DNA of 64,000 bases from Lama glama. Its lineage: Eukaryota. Under the pieces are notes generated by a model. It was not told the origin of the DNA, ran no database searches, and saw only the letters and a list, made by a program, of their open reading frames with translations. Made by a program: the position numbers and the translations under genes. Positions 12,713 through 28,094 of the stretch are shown piece by piece (the stretch's first letter is position 1; each line of letters opens with the position of its first letter). The stretch lies in the NCBI GenBank assembly GCA_028534125.1, contig CM052817.1, positions 107,634,001 to 107,698,000 of the forward strand, written 5' to 3'.

Positions 12713-12736
12713 CGTCTCTCCCCATCCATGTGCACT

Positions 12737-12867
12737 CTTACCTCTCGGTTCTGTTTTTTCCCCTCATTTGCATTAACCCTTTCTTACCTTTTTATGAACT
12801 TCTAGACCTACGCTTCTCAGAAGGGGTGGGACACCCACGTCACTCTGCCTGCGGCCAGGATGGAAAG
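12737..12867 (+). other. GASK1B: Candidate non-coding exon 1a of GASK1B
   Basis: Start inferred about 30 nt after the TATA box. Consensus donor GGAAAG|GTGAGT at 12867/12868. Confidence 0.55.
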
Positions 12868-13097
12868 GTGAGTCCCTGAGAACTGGGGCACTGTAATCCT
12901 GGGCAACCGGGACGGACAGAGAGCTGGTGGCATTCAGACTGCTGCTGAGCAAACTCTCAATCCCTTTTAACTCCAAGAGACTCTCATCTCCAAGTCTGTT
13001 TCCAAACAGGACGCTAGAGGGCTCCCAGGGGTTAAAAATCAATGGGAAAAAAAGATCTGAATGAAAACTGCTTCTGTACGGCATTTGTTTTCTCCAG

Positions 13098-13371
13098 AAT
13101 TTAAAATTAAAGTTTATTGCTTAAACTATTAAAAAAAAAACCCTCAAACCTTACACGTCTGAAAAGTGAGTTGTCAGTCGCCAGTGAAGAAGTAGCTGTT
13201 TTGCTTTGCAGTCAGTAATTTTCGAGGACGCTTTTGAAAGCTGAGCTATTTGAAATGTGGGACACTCTTGACCTTGAAGTATGTTCTACTTACATGCCTC
13301 AGCCTTTAAAAGTTCTTTGCATTAGAGTCAGGGATCGCATTCTTCCTGGAGCCAAGCACCGGGCCAGCCGT
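13098..13371 (+). other. GASK1B: Candidate non-coding exon 1b or alternative first exon of GASK1B; 5' boundary uncertain (13098, 13212 or an internal TSS)
   Basis: Donor CCGT|GTAAGT at 13371/13372. Acceptor candidates ttttctccAG (13097) and gctttgcAG (13211). Confidence 0.5.
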
Positions 13372-14095
13372 GTAAGTAAGTCCTTATCAGCCCTTGTTCT
13401 TTCTAATAATGTGACAGAATAGAGCTGGAGAGGTTTTTGTTTTCTTTCAGCCGACTTTGGTGGAAAGAAAAGAAATAAAAAGCAGTTTGATGTGTGTTTT
13501 GCGTTTATGTGTGTGCGTCTGTGGATGAATACATGGAACTGCTTCCAAGATACGTAGGCATGTGTGGCTTTACATTATAATAACTCAATATATGATAAGG
13601 GACTCTATTATGAAAAAAAGGATGGTACCATCCGATGAAGAGATTATGTTTCTGAATTTGCATGTGAATACTTGCTACTTCTTCCCAATTAGCTTTTTGG
13701 GACACAGGACTTTTTAAAATAAATGTGAGAGAGCTATAGGTTTCTTTTTTTTTAAAAAACTATTTGTTACTGGTCTTAAATTATTTCTGACTTTCAAAAA
13801 AGAAAAATCTGGATTTGCTGAATTTTAACACTTTGCCTTCAGGATCAAATTAAATGAGTCTAGTTACAAGTTATAAAATGCCCTTGGATGTTAGTGGTTT
13901 GTTTTCACTCATTGAAACTGAAGGACAAATCTATACATCCATCTTGTTTCTATTTTTTAAACCTCATTTAAAAATGATTTGGCGGTGATGGTGATGACAG
14001 TAAAGGGTTCCACTTTTTCCTTTCCTCTTGTGGAGGAACTGGACTAGCTTGAGACGGTGACTCAGTTAATGAAGTCCGTTTCCATTCATTCTTAG

Positions 14096-15505
<1,410 letters not shown>

Positions 15506-16494
15506 CAGAGGCTTATTACATCTAATTAAAGCCGTGGCAATTTGCATGATGAGGAGAGGAAGGGGGTGAAGCAGAGAACTTGCTGACAGTCAGGCGTATA
15601 AGATTAGAGAGCTTGCTATGGAAAGTCAGTAGGATTTTGTTCATTGGAAGTTTTAAAAAGTGAGGGGGAAGTGGCTTATCTTTCCGTCTTCAACAGGGGA
15701 AATCTTTTTAAGAGGCTCCAAGCCAGACCAGGTTAGCCAGATCCACCCCCTTGCTTTTTCATGATGGATTTAACCCCTTTATTTTGCAAAGAAAATGAGA
15801 CAAAAAGAGGTGATTTGTTCTGTTTATGTACTAACTAGCCATGTGGTTTCTCCAAGCCCTTGACTTTGATTTATGGAGCCTGAGGGCCAAGATGCTCTCA
15901 AGTGACAGTCATTTTGGCAGGTGTGCAGTCAGCCACTTCAGCTGCAGGCACAAGGGCTAGTCTGTGGCCACACTCATGCCAAATAAAGAATTTTCTCTGC
16001 ATCCCGAAGCTATTCCAGGCTTTGAGTACAAAGTCAGGTGGGTCCACGACTTGCGTTTGAAAGCAGAGTGATCCTGGAAGTTGTCACCCTGAATCCAGGC
16101 TGGTCCAAGAGGCTAAAAAGGACCTCAAAGAGATGACAAACTCCAAGTTTATTTCCTTACTCCCTGTCACCATACAATTTAGCATTTCAGCCCGGTTTCC
16201 GTGGGGTCTGGACTGGAACAGATAAAGCCTTGGGAGTGACCAAGAGGCACACTGCATTTTCAACGGCTCTAGGAGTATAATTTAGTCTCAGAATGAGTAC
16301 TTACGGAAGTACCCGTGATGGACTTAGAGAGACTTGTCCTTCCTTACTTACCCCGGTTTGTGGCTAAGTGCTGCAGGTTGACAGGTTGTGTTTTGATGTC
16401 TCACGTCCCAAGTCACAAAGCCGTCTACCATGCTGCTGCTGACATGAGAAAGCCTCTCAAACAGTCCCTTAGATGTTGGTGAGGGCTCCCAATT

Positions 16495-16690
16495 TGCTAA
16501 GCACTGTGCTCACTGATTCATAGAACCTGCACATGCCTTGACTCCTGTGTGTCCCGCAACAGTGCTAGGAGGTAGGTTCTCTGGTTACTTCCACTTAGTA
16601 GATGAGAACATTGAGGCTTATTTAGGCAAAGTAACTGGCCTCAGTAGCCACCGCCGATGTTAATGGCTAAGCTGGGTTTCGAACCAACTT
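16495..16690 (-). mobile_element. MIR
   Basis: gtagatgagaacattgaggctt...gtaactggcc...ctgggtttcgaacc. Confidence 0.65.
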
Positions 16691-16974
16691 CAAAAGGTCA
16701 GTTCTTAGCCATTGGGCTTAGGTGACAATACTCCTTCCTGTCCAGACAGGAGCACCCTGGACACAAGGACGATGTTGGCAGGCGTTGGGGCAACAGGCAC
16801 ACGCTGAGGCTGTCCTGGGCCAAGCAGGGCAGAGGGCCGCCCTGTAATGCTCTCTTGCTGTCTATTGTGATGTCATAAAGTCCCCAAAGAGGTGCTTGAA
16901 TATATCTGGAGGCATGGCACGCCCATCTGTCCTTTAACTTCCCTGGGATGCTCTGGGTGGAAGGTGGGAGAGTA

Positions 16975-17200
16975 AAGCAGTGGTGAAGACCCTGGGCTCT
17001 GGAGCTGAGCTGCCTGGATTTGAATATACCAACCACGTGACCTGGAAATGTCACAGCATCTCTCTGTGCCTTGGTGTCTTCAGTTGTAAATGACAATGAT
17101 GCCTACCTCGGGAGGTTGTTGTGAGTTAATACATAGAAAACACATGGACCAGGTGCTTGACATGCAGTAAACCTCTAATAAGCATTGGCTATTTTTGCTA
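16975..17200 (+). mobile_element. MIR
   Basis: gggctctggagc...cctggatttgaat...ctctgtgccttggtgtcttcagttgtaaatg. Confidence 0.7.
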
Positions 17201-17270
17201 CTACACGAGGCATATGAGGTATTCGCTGAGGTCACTCACATAGCCTCCAATCCTCATGTGTCATTTCTTT

Positions 17271-17893
17271 TATTTTTTAATTGAAGTATAGTTGATTTCC
17301 AATGTTATGTTAGTTTCTGGTGTATAGCAAAGTTATTCAGTTATACACACACACACACACACATATATTCTTTTCAGATTCTTTTCCATTATAGTTTATT
17401 ACACAATATTGAATATAGTTCCCTGTGCTGTACAGGAGGGCCTGGTTGTTTATCTATTTTATATATAGTAGTTTGTTTCTGCTAATCCCAAACTCCTAAT
17501 TTATCCCTTCCTACCATCTTTTCTTTTTGGTAACCGTAAGTTTATTTTCTATGTCTGTGAGTCTGTTTTGGTTTTATAAATAAGTTCATTTGTATCATTT
17601 TTTAAAAGATTCTACATATAAGTGATATCATATGATATTTGTCCTTCTCTGTCTGACTTACTTCACTTAGTATGATCATCTCTAGGTCCACCCATGTTGC
17701 TGCAAATGGCATTATTTCATTCTTTTTCATGACTGTGTAATATTCTGTTGTATAAATATACCACAGTTTCTTTATCCAGTCATCTGTTGTTGGGCGTTTA
17801 GGTTGCTTTGATGTCTTGGTTATTGTAAATACTGCTGCTCTGAACATTGGGGTGCAGGTATGTTTTCAAATTGGAGTTTTCTCCAGATACATA
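17271..17893 (-). mobile_element. 5'-truncated L1 (ORF2 C-terminus and 3'UTR) with TSD
   Basis: ORF 17602-17847 reads [14 protein letters not shown]...KKNEIMPFAATWVDLEMIILSEVSQ, the L1 ORF2 C-terminus. TSD tcatttcttt at 17261 and 17894. Confidence 0.93.
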
Positions 17894-18589
17894 TCATTTC
17901 TTTATGCGATAGAACTGGGTCAAAACCCAGATCTCCTGCTTACCTGGTTAAACTTTTTGGTTTCAGGATATCTCTTAGATATTAAATTCTGTTCTCTGAA
18001 CATCCAGCATCTTTGGAAATAAAGAAGGTGGTTGCATCCAGTTTGAAGGAGGCATTTATAATCCCAGTATAGACCGGCTGTTCCTTGCTCCTTTCAGAAG
18101 TAAGTGGTGATAGGAACTGACAAGGTTGTATTGATGTGACTCTCAGTGTGGTGCATTAAATACCTAAGATTATATCTCAAGTAACACCAGACCTTTCTTT
18201 GTCCTTTCTTTGATACTTCCTCTTAGAAAGTGCTTAAGAGTCATAAAATCAGGTCAGTTTCCTCAGGAGCCTATGACGTGATTTAGACATAGTTATGAGC
18301 ACTCAATATGATTCTGTGCATGTAGACATGGTACTGTTGTAAAGTCCATAAATAGATCAGTTCTGGTCATGGTAGGGGATACACAGTCCTAGGTCCTCAG
18401 CACCTACCTCTTGTCTTTTCCCAACTTGTGTCTTTATTCCACTGATTTCCACAGATGTGTGTCTTCCCTAGAGGGTCTTCCTGGTCTTCTCTTGGTGGAA
18501 GCTCGGCTTCATTTGATTATCTTTCTATCTCCCTGTCTAAGTAAGAGGGTGATAGATCTTATCTAATTACCCGGCACCTGTTTCTGGTT

Positions 18590-18775
18590 CATTCAGCATC
18601 ATTGCTTTGTAATCATAATCACTTGTTGGTAATTATAACCATCTGTCCCTCCCCACTGGGGTCTAGGTCTGTGAAGGTAGAGATGTTTCCTGCCTTGTCA
18701 TTATGTTCCCAGATCCTAGTGGAGAGTCTAGAACATAGTAGGTGCTCAATAAATATTTTTGAATGAAGGCAGGAA
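18590..18775 (+). mobile_element. L2 3' end
   Basis: acatagtaggtgctcaataaatatttttgaatgaa. Confidence 0.75.
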
Positions 18776-20424
18776 CACATTTTTGGCCTGACTCTAAACA
18801 GTAAACCTATATTTGCTTCCAGCTTTCAAAACTCAGGACAGATATTCCCTTTTCAGTCCTAAATCCAAGCTGGGATTTCTCCTGGCAATTCTTATAAATG
18901 GTTTATTGTAACAGTAATGACAGATGTCCTTGGCAGCCTCTGTATTATGTGAATAATAAGTTTTATAGGACTTATTCTTGTGAGGCCCATCAATATGGTG
19001 GGCTTCGCCTCACTGTGAAGTCAGTTGATAATGAGTTTTCTGTAGGAGGGATGTGGGGCCTTAGTGGAGGAATGTGTTTCCCTGATGACCTGGCTTGGTC
19101 TGGGAGCAGATTTTTTTAATATTTGGGGAGTGGATGGCCAGCGATTCCTGTAAGTGATCTGCCCTAAGTATTGTTTCTGTTCTCCGACTTTTGATTAATG
19201 TTTGTGAAAATAAATTCATGCTTTATACCAAGAACTTGGCTAGTCTGCCTCATAAGTTGGATATAGATATTTGTCTTGTCTGGGTTAATCTTTCAAAGCA
19301 ATCTATGCTGTAAATATTTTTTCACCTCAGTTTTGAGATGAAAGAAAGGTAAGAAGAAGGCAGCTCAAGGTCACGCAATGAGTTAATTGTTCAGAAAGAA
19401 TTCAAGCCCTTGTCTTCTAACTTCCAAGTCTTTCTTCTTTGTCAATCTGTTTTCCTCAACAAATCCTTCCAGGGGCCTTCTTTCTCCATCACCATAACCT
19501 ACTTGTATATCTGTCTCTCTGACATAACTGGACCCTGATGACTTGCACACTGATGGGCAGGTACAGGCAGCAGGAACCTGTTATTTCTCAATGAGACAAC
19601 AGCCATCACCACAGCAAGAGGAATACTGAATATGACCATATACCAGGCCCTGTTTTTCAGTCCTGTGCGTGTATTATCTCGTTAAATCCTGCCACACATT
19701 TTAGGAGGTGGGTACTCCATGAAAGACGTTTCCTGGACATGGAAATAGAGGCCCAACATCATTAAATACCCTTGCTCAGAGTCATACACATTACCTAGGT
19801 GTAAAAAGGAGACCTAAGATGCAAAAAGAGGTGTGGAAGAGAATCAAAGGTTATGACTGAAGGATCTGCCAGCCCCAGCCTCTCAAATGATGCTTTCTGT
19901 TCTTTCAGTCCAAAGGCAAAGGGTCCCAATTATAAAGCTCATCTTGAGGTATTTATTTGTTTGTTTGTAAATCTGACATGAGTCATCCTACCAGCCCAGA
20001 GCCTCCAGCTCAGGTTATTCTGGGACAGGTTCTTGATTGTGTAACTTGATGAATTCCAGATGATTCTCCTTGACTGCAAACATCTATGTGTGAAGTTGGC
20101 AGGTTTACTGGCCCCGTACTGTACACTAGACCATTTTCTGACAGGTGTAATTCCAAAGGTATCCCAGAAAATGAGAAGGGCAAGGTTGTAATTATGTTGA
20201 CGGTGCCAAGAGTCTACCATACTACAAAGTCCAGCCATTAGCACTGGAACAGAGTCTTGTCCCATGTGTGTCTTTGGAGGAAAGGGGGAAATCCAGAAAT
20301 GAATTGAAAAATAGCATCCAAGGCCTTTTAAAGAAATCCATTTTTGCAATAATGAAATCTTTTTCAGTTGTGAATCTATAAAGAGTCTAGTGTCTAGATC
20401 TCGCATCACATTTTAACACAATGA

Positions 20425-20570
20425 GTTGGAAGGATATAGCTCAAGTTGTAGAGCATGTGCTTAGCGTGCACAGGGTCCTGGGTTCAATCCCTGATAACTC
20501 CACTAAAAATAAATACATAAAATAAATTATCTCCCCCCAAAAACAAACAAACAAAAAAACCAACAAAAAA
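20425..20570 (+). mobile_element. tRNA-Ala-derived camelid SINE (Vic-1-like) with TSD
   Basis: tatagctcaagttgtagagcatgtgcttagc...gggttcaatccc with an A-rich tail. TSD ttaacacaatga at 20413-20424 and 20571-20582. Confidence 0.92.
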
Positions 20571-21974
20571 TTAACACAATGATTTCTGATTTACCATTGT
20601 GCCAATATTTCTATTTAACTTCTTTTTCCAACTCAACAACATAATGTAATATTTTTACTCAGGGAAGTATTGTGATAATTACTCTGAACACTGCTCCAAG
20701 GGTGGTGGTGGTTGTTTAAATTCAAGCCAATGCTTACCAGATTTTCTTATTTTACCACAAACAATCATATGTATGTAAATATGGCTGGACATAGTGCATT
20801 TCCTGCCAAACCGTCTTTGTGAAAATCATCAGTCCTTGCAAAGGTCACCAAAGACTATGTGGTGCTGGTATCTTCAGATAAATTTTTGTTAAACAAAATC
20901 TTCTGAAATACTTATCTAAGACAAGATGAACCATGTCAAAGTCAAGGGCACAGGAACCCTAGCACCTCTCCAAGGTCTTCCATTTAGCAGCGTGGCCAAG
21001 CCTACCAGCAAGCCGAGCAGCCCCGTGCATGAATCCCAAAGGCTACCATTGTGGTAGCACTTAAATGTTATGCTATTTCTCATGCCCAGCATGGAAGACG
21101 CATTCTGCGTGCCTCATTTTTAGGATGTTGCTTTCTTGCCACAGAGCTGTCATACTGAATTAAAGTAGCCTTGTTCTAGGAATTCTGTGTGTCAAGGCTG
21201 CTTGGATGACAAACTGCAGGCACCTCACCAACTTCCATTTAAATTCATCAGAGATTGCACGTTGTCCACTGTTCTTCAACTTGTGCTGCCTCGTCTTACT
21301 CTAAAGCAGGAGAAATATGCTGTGTATTTTCTACTCTCTTTTTGAGTCCATGTGAGCCGCGCTGGGAGTTGTCGGCTGATGGTGCGGTGGCCAGAGCAGG
21401 GGGATGGCAGGTGTGCAACTCATGTTGTCCCAGGCTCTCAGGTAAGATCGGAGGCATTTTGCAAGTAGTTGTGAGCATAACCCAGATGCCCACACAACTT
21501 GGAAACACCCTGACTCCAAAATCCTAGAAACCTGGGACATGTGTGCAAACTTTCTTAAAATATTGATGCGAGAGTATAGAAATCATGTCTTATTTTTGAA
21601 AATCGAGTTGAAAGCACACTGTGTTCTTTATCAGAAAGGCCCTAAGGATATTTCTTTAGTGATCAAATTGAGCTGGTCAGCTTAATACCTTCATTCATCA
21701 GTGAACAAAGTTTGCTGAGCGTGGGCTCCAAGCAGCGAGCGCTCGGCTGTACGGTCCTCTGGTTTGCTCACTGCACACCTTCCTCGGCAAAGTGGGGGCA
21801 CTGGGTGACCTTCTCTGCTGTGTCTCTGGAACGTGTCCCTAATCTCACACGGGGCTGGGGCAGAGGGGACAGTGGGTAGTGGTTGCCACACGGCTCACAG
21901 CTGAAAGATGCTGGTTCTTTGCTCCGTGTAATCTGTCCCCTTTCACAGTATCACACTGATCTTTTCTTCTTTTA

Positions 21975-22085
21975 AGAAACATTTCACCGAGCACCTGCTG
22001 GGTGCCAGCCACTCCTCCAGTGACTGGGGTCCACATCAATGGACAGAACCATCCAGAATCCTTGTCCCTGTGGAGCTGACACTAT
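21975..22085 (-). mobile_element. L2 fragment
   Basis: aaacatttcaccgagcacctgctgggtgccag...tggagctgaca. Confidence 0.6.
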
Positions 22086-22395
22086 TGGGCCATGTGAGAG
22101 TTCAGTGGCCTGGAGGGGATGTTCATGTGGGCTACTGATTCCGAGATTCACTCAGCACCAGCCTGAGCCCAAGGTCATGACCCTTCCAGCAGGACTGAAT
22201 CTGTTGCTGTCTCTGGGTTAAGTTCAAGGACAGCAGAGGTGCCAACCTCCGTTAACGGGCAAACATTGAAGTTTGGGGTGAATTCGATTGTAACTGATAG
22301 CATTTGCTTCCTCTGTGTGAAACACTGTTCTAAACCTGGAGAGAAGCTGTATCTTTTCTAATTCAAATAGCTTCGCAGTTAAGAACGTGACTGGC

Positions 22396-22790
22396 GTGTC
22401 AGTTTGCGAGGGCTGCCGTCACAGAACCCCAGGCTGGGAAGCTGGAACGGCAGATATTTCTTTCTCACACTTCTGGAGGCTGGAAGTCCAAGATCAAGAT
22501 TTTGGCAGATTTGGTTTCTTCTGAGGCCTCTCTCCTTGGCCGCCTTCTCCCTGAGTCCTCATCCGACCTCTCCTCTGTGCACACACACCCCTCATGTCCC
22601 TTTGTGTTTCTAAATCTCCTCTTCTTACAAGAAGGACCCCGGACAGATGGGCTGAGGGCCCCCTCTAACAGCCTCATTTTAACTTAATTGTCTCTTCAGA
22701 GGCCCTTTCTCCAAACACAGTCACATTCAGAGGTGCCGGAGTTGGGGCATCAGCATACGCATTTTGGGGAACACAGTTCGGCTCATCACA
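22396..22790 (-). mobile_element. MaLR solo LTR (MLT1-like)
   Basis: agggctgccgtcacaga...tctcacacttctggaggctggaagtccaagatcaag...ttttggggaacacagttc. Confidence 0.85.
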
Positions 22791-23799
22791 ACCGGCAGTC
22801 TAGACTCCCTGAATTTGATTCCTGGTTCCACCACTCGATCACTGTGTGACCTGGGAGAACTAACTTACCCTCTCTCTGCCTTATGCCTTCATTGGTGCAA
22901 CAGGGATGATGATAATGAAAACGATGACCCTGATGACAGCACTTAGCTCCAGAGCCGTGAGAACTAAATGAGCTGATACACATGAAATATCTATAATGGT
23001 GCCCATCCGACGTTCTTGGAGAGATTTCCTATTGGGAGAGTGAGGCTGGGAGAGCGATGCATGTCCTCCAGGGGCCCGCAGGTCGTGGGTTGCGGGGCTG
23101 GGATGTCGACAGCGTGGGTCAGAAGGGTTCCACAGCCCTGTTCTTCGCGCTGTCTGCACCATCTCCCATTTCCCACATCACCTGTCAGCCCCAGTGGTTG
23201 TGGGCTGCGGTTCCCAGGTAACCACGCATCCCCATGGGAACCCACTGCCCCTACTGCCTTTTGGTCTGACTCCTGAATGAAGCCATGATGCCTTAAGTGT
23301 TTCTGTCTCATGACGGCGATTCAGGGTCCGGAGGAGAGGGGCAGCGGTCTTTCCACCTCTTGTTTTCATCACTCCAGTGTCTCAAAGAACGGTGGAGACA
23401 GAAGAGTGGATTGTTGAGCACAAGCAGGGTAGAATGAGGGTGTGGAAACCCCTGCACACACCACCTCTACTTCTCGAGTGTCTCTCTGATCCTTCTCAGT
23501 CCTTCTCAATCTCAGTTTAGAGTGAAGACAGTGAAAGCACAGTTTACGAGGAGGTCACACCAACCAAACTTTTTTTAAAAAATTGTTTTCATTTTTATTG
23601 GGATACAGGGGATGGGTTGAGAAATATTTATGCAAGTCATGCTTCCCCAGGAGACATCCATCATAATCTTGCTGGGACAGCTTTCAGAGCCTTTTATTTT
23701 CCTTGAAGCCACTGCTCAACCAACCACACTATTATTCAGGACCCACTGACCATTCCTTAGAGCCTAAGGGCTTAGAGGTGAAAACTGGGGATTCTGAAC

Positions 23800-24335
23800 C
23801 TTCATTCAGTCATTCATCAGAAGTTTTGAAAGCTTGCTCTGGTCCAGATGTTATGTCAGGAGTTGGAGACCCAATGGTGATTCTCAGACAGCTCCCAGCT
23901 TGGAGGGTAGGAGACAGCCAAGCAGACAAGAAGTGCAGGATAAAGACCTCAGTGGAGATATTTTCAGGGAATCCTATAGGTACAGAGAGGGGGAACTTAG
24001 TCCAGAATGTGTGTGCATAGGTGGGTGGGTAGGGGGATTAAAAAAAGTTTGAGAAGAGGTAAAGTCAGAATTGGTTCTTAAGAGTCACTGCGGATGGAGT
24101 GAGGGACGCAGTGGGTACTGACGGGGAGGAGAGAATTGATGGAAACCTGCGAAGGCAGAGTGTGCTGGGGAAACTGCCAACAGTTCTGAAACAAGGAGAC
24201 TGGGCTTGGGGGGGCGGTGAGAAGGGAGTGGGTGGGTTTTACGGCACGTGAGGACAGGGGACTTCATCTCACCTGTAATGGGAAATCACTGAAGGGTTTG
24301 AAGAAGAGGGGAGACATGGTAAAGGTCACTCTGGC
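23800..24335 (-). mobile_element. L2 fragment
   Basis: ttcattcagtcattca...gtaatgggaaatcactgaagggtttgaag...ggtcactctggc. Confidence 0.6.
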
Positions 24336-27104
24336 CAGGAACTCATGGCCTCTTCATCCACATTAATAAACACTGAGCAGCCCAGGGCCAGGGCACCCTG
24401 ACGTGACCAAGACTTCATTGGCAAAATGCGACTGTCTGCAGAGCCTGGCAGTGACCGCATCATCCCTACCCTCTGAAGTCAAGGTCAAGGTCTGTTCCTG
24501 TTTTCTACATGGAATATTGAGACAGGAAGAGTCTGGGAGTTTCCACTGACAGAGCAGAAGTCCAGGGCAGACCTGGAAAGCAGAAGTTCCCGCCCATTAG
24601 TCAAAGGTTCAGAACAAAGCGGGGCTTTGTTCGTAAAGTGGAACTGACGGTCTAGGTCGTTTGAGTGGTTTGTGATGGAGGAAGTCACAAGTGCTTCACA
24701 CTTAGCCAGTTCTGGAGGAAATGTGGAGATTATTTTAACTCAGTCCAACCTCGGGAAGGCAAGTTATGAAGTGAAAAACAGTTAGGAAGGTAACTAAATA
24801 CATTTATTTTTTTGTTAGGAGAACAACATTCTAAATCATTCAGAAATCCGTTCCTAAGAAAAGTCCTTACATCCAGGACTTGGCTGGTTAGACTCTACAC
24901 ATATGAAATCTATGGAATTCTGCCTCTCTACTGCCTCCCCCTAAGAACTGAACAGAGGTTGGTTCTTCCTAATATTCAGCAGTGCTGTATCTTCACAGTT
25001 TCCATGGATGTCCCACAGCCCTGCCAGGCAGGTTTGGAAAATGGTCTTTGCATGCCTTGAGGAACTCACTGCCTTGGTCAGGGTGGTTGGAGAACTGGCC
25101 TTGAGTCTGAGGAGGCCAAAGACATGGTTCAGAATAGAATAAATGCCTGTGATTTCTTCTTTGACCCCACGCCACACGCTCAGCTCCTCTTCAGAGAAGG
25201 TTCTTCCCCTATCATTGCCCCAGCCCACCACCTCACTATTCCGGGGCTCGGCAATCCTTTGCTTCTTGGCTGTATGCTGAGAGCTCAGTCTCTGTTTTAG
25301 TCCCTCCCTTGCTCCCTTCAAAACACCCTTCAACTGGCAAACCTTTAGCTCGATCGCCATCACACGCGGCCTTGTCTGTTTCTATGAGACTCCAAGCTGC
25401 GGCCCGGGTCTTGCGTGGGACTGGGATCTCGTAGGACCGCCGTGTCTGGTGTGCCTCACTCTGAATTCTTTCTGTCTGAAACCCAGCAACCAAGTGGGTC
25501 CAGGTATTGAGGGACGATGGTAAATACATGTTGCTGGAAGAGGTGGATTAACCCTGATGAAAACCCTGAGCAGAAGTAACATCTCATCTCATCCTTTGCA
25601 TTTCCTCCCGCCTCAAGGCTGTCACAGCATCCTGCACCCTGTTTTGCCCTCCCTCACATTGACTAACTTGTTCACCATCACCAACTCTAAGCCAAGAGAT
25701 CTTACGTGTTTTTTTCGCTTTGGTCTAGTAGTTCTAATGGCCAAAACCCTACTGTGATAAGCACTGTCGAAAAACAGAGCAGATAGTAGTTAGGGGATCA
25801 TTCACAACCAGACACCTGCTACACGGTCACTGGAGACATACCCACATCAGCATTTGATTTTAACAGATTAGAGATTCGCAACGTTAAGGTCCTCCTTCAG
25901 TGCATCGGACGGTTGGAACATGACAGAATTTCCTTCCCAGAGCAAAGATGAGCCTCAAGTTGTGACGGGTCTCTGTTTTCTCAAATGGGTTTTAGAGTTA
26001 TTTTTAATGAAGGGCTCTGAGCTGAATTGTCACTTTCCTTTTTGTCTTGTTCACGAGAAGTCTTGGAACTTGGCCCATGTGATAGAATAGACTCTTGACT
26101 TCAGAGCTCAGGATGTTTTGAGTTATTTTTGCTCAGTGATAAATGCAGACAGACATTCACAGCTCCACCCAGCATGCTTAGCATTCACCTGTAGTTCCAC
26201 AAAACCTGTCACCCCGTGTTCAAAGTGTGGGGCACTTAATAAATCCGTGCAGAGGCGGCTGTGTGTAGCACTCATTCTCAGTGAATTTTCACATTCATCT
26301 TCTCAAGAGAATGTCCTCATTGTGCTTTTGAATAAAAAATGACTTGGGAGAACATCAAAATTCAGAGGAAATATTCTGATTTTGGAAAAAGATAAGTTTT
26401 ACTGGCAAGTCTCATCTTTTCAAAGACAGCTGCATAAGCTTTAATACACGTGAACACCCACATATCTTTAAAACCCCACCTTCTCTCCCCACTCTGACAG
26501 TTAGAATTGTATTTCTTCACCATCACGAGGTCTTTAGAGAGGACAGTCCTGCATCATTTTGACACACCTGGATGCAGAGAGATGAATGCTCCTCGTCTCT
26601 GAAACCCTTCAGGTGAATTGCTTTAACCAGTTTCCTGCTTTCCGAGGTTGTTTTTCTGCCATCCTTTCAGATGGATCAGAGTTCATTTACTTCTGTTAAC
26701 AGCTATATTTTATAAAAAGTGGAATTCCCCTCACAGTAGTGGTCATAGCTCTGATGTTAGCACTAAAAGGGAGATTTGCAAGGATGCTTGAAGAAGACCT
26801 GGCTCAGCCTGAGGAATGCCACGCCCCTGCTTCCCCGAACCCCGCCTTCCTGCCGTGCCGGACGCCGGGCAGGGCAGGACAGGAGGCCTTTCTGGGACAG
26901 TCAGCATATTTTGCTGAGGGGAGAGGGATGTGAAGGAAAACAGATGATATTAGCTGAAAAACAATTACTCCTATCAGCTGAAAACTCCCTTTGGCAGTTG
27001 AAGAACAATTATTAAAATAATTTAATGGAAAATGTATCATTCAAAATGTTTTCAGATTTAAAGGAGAGAAATGGTAAATGAAATACAATATACTCATCGG
27101 TAGC

Positions 27105-27450
27105 TCAGGGGTTGATTCTCTATGGTCCGTGGGTGAAAAATGCTCCTCACCTCCTGCAGCCCAGTTTTGTGTGGTCTGTGAGCTACCAATGGTTTCTACA
27201 GTTTTAGAAGATTGAAAAAAAAATCAAAAGGTTAAGAATATTCCTGTAACACTTAAAAATTCTATAATATGTAAATTTCACTGTCTATAATGAAGTTTTA
27301 TTGGAATGTAGTCACTGCCATTTGTCTATATATTGTTTGACTGCTTTTGTATCATGGTGGAGTTGAGTACTTGCTAGTTGAGACGGTATGGCCCTCAAAC
27401 TGAAAACGCTCATTGTCTTCCCTTGACAAGGTTTGCTGATCACTAGGCTA
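27105..27450. mobile_element. MER58-like hAT-Charlie fossil
   Basis: caggggttg...ctatggtccgtggg...aagttttattggaa...gagacggtatggccc...gtttgctga. Confidence 0.7.
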
Positions 27451-27481
27451 GACTATTATATCACAGTTAAAGTCACACTAT

Positions 27482-27720
27482 TTTTTATTTATTATTATTT
27501 TTTATTGAAGTACGGTTGATTTTCAGTGCTTCAGGTCTACAGTAAAGAGATACACTTATAAATATATATGTAAATATATATTGTTTTTCAGATTCTTTTC
27601 CATTATAGTTTATTACAAGATACTGAATACAGTTCCCTGTGCTGTACAGTAGACCCTTGTTGTTCATCTATTTTATATATGATAGTTTGGATCCCAAATT
27701 CCAAATTCATCCCTCCCACA
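27482..27720 (-). mobile_element. L1 3' fragment with degenerate TSD
   Basis: L1 3'UTR motif. Flanks are ttaaagtcacactattt and ttaaagtgatactgttt. Confidence 0.88.
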
Positions 27721-28094
27721 TTAAAGTGATACTGTTTAAAAATATTTAATTGTGAGAGAAATGTTTATGATGTAACATTAAATGAAACAATTATGAGAAA
27801 TTATATGTATATATATATATATAATGATTCCAAATAGTTTATTTTCATTGCATAATTTTTGCTTTTCCCCTGGTGGAAATGTAAGTTCTATGAAACTAAA
27901 ACAAAACAAAACAGAAAAACAGCTGAAAATCTGGCATGTATGTATGTATGTATGTATGTAAATTTCTTAAGACAGTTTACTTTTCCAGGTAGGAAAGAAA
28001 GGGATGGGAAAATGCCAGATGTAAATATATAAATAATAGAACCAATTACTAGGATAGGAGATTGTCGATATTGTTGTTTTCTTGGCTATGAATT

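Noticed and set aside
19939..20409. 156-aa minus-strand ORF, and similarly 56231-56701 and 24941-25363
   Set aside because: No homology that I recognise, and lengths are within chance for a 64-kb six-frame scan.
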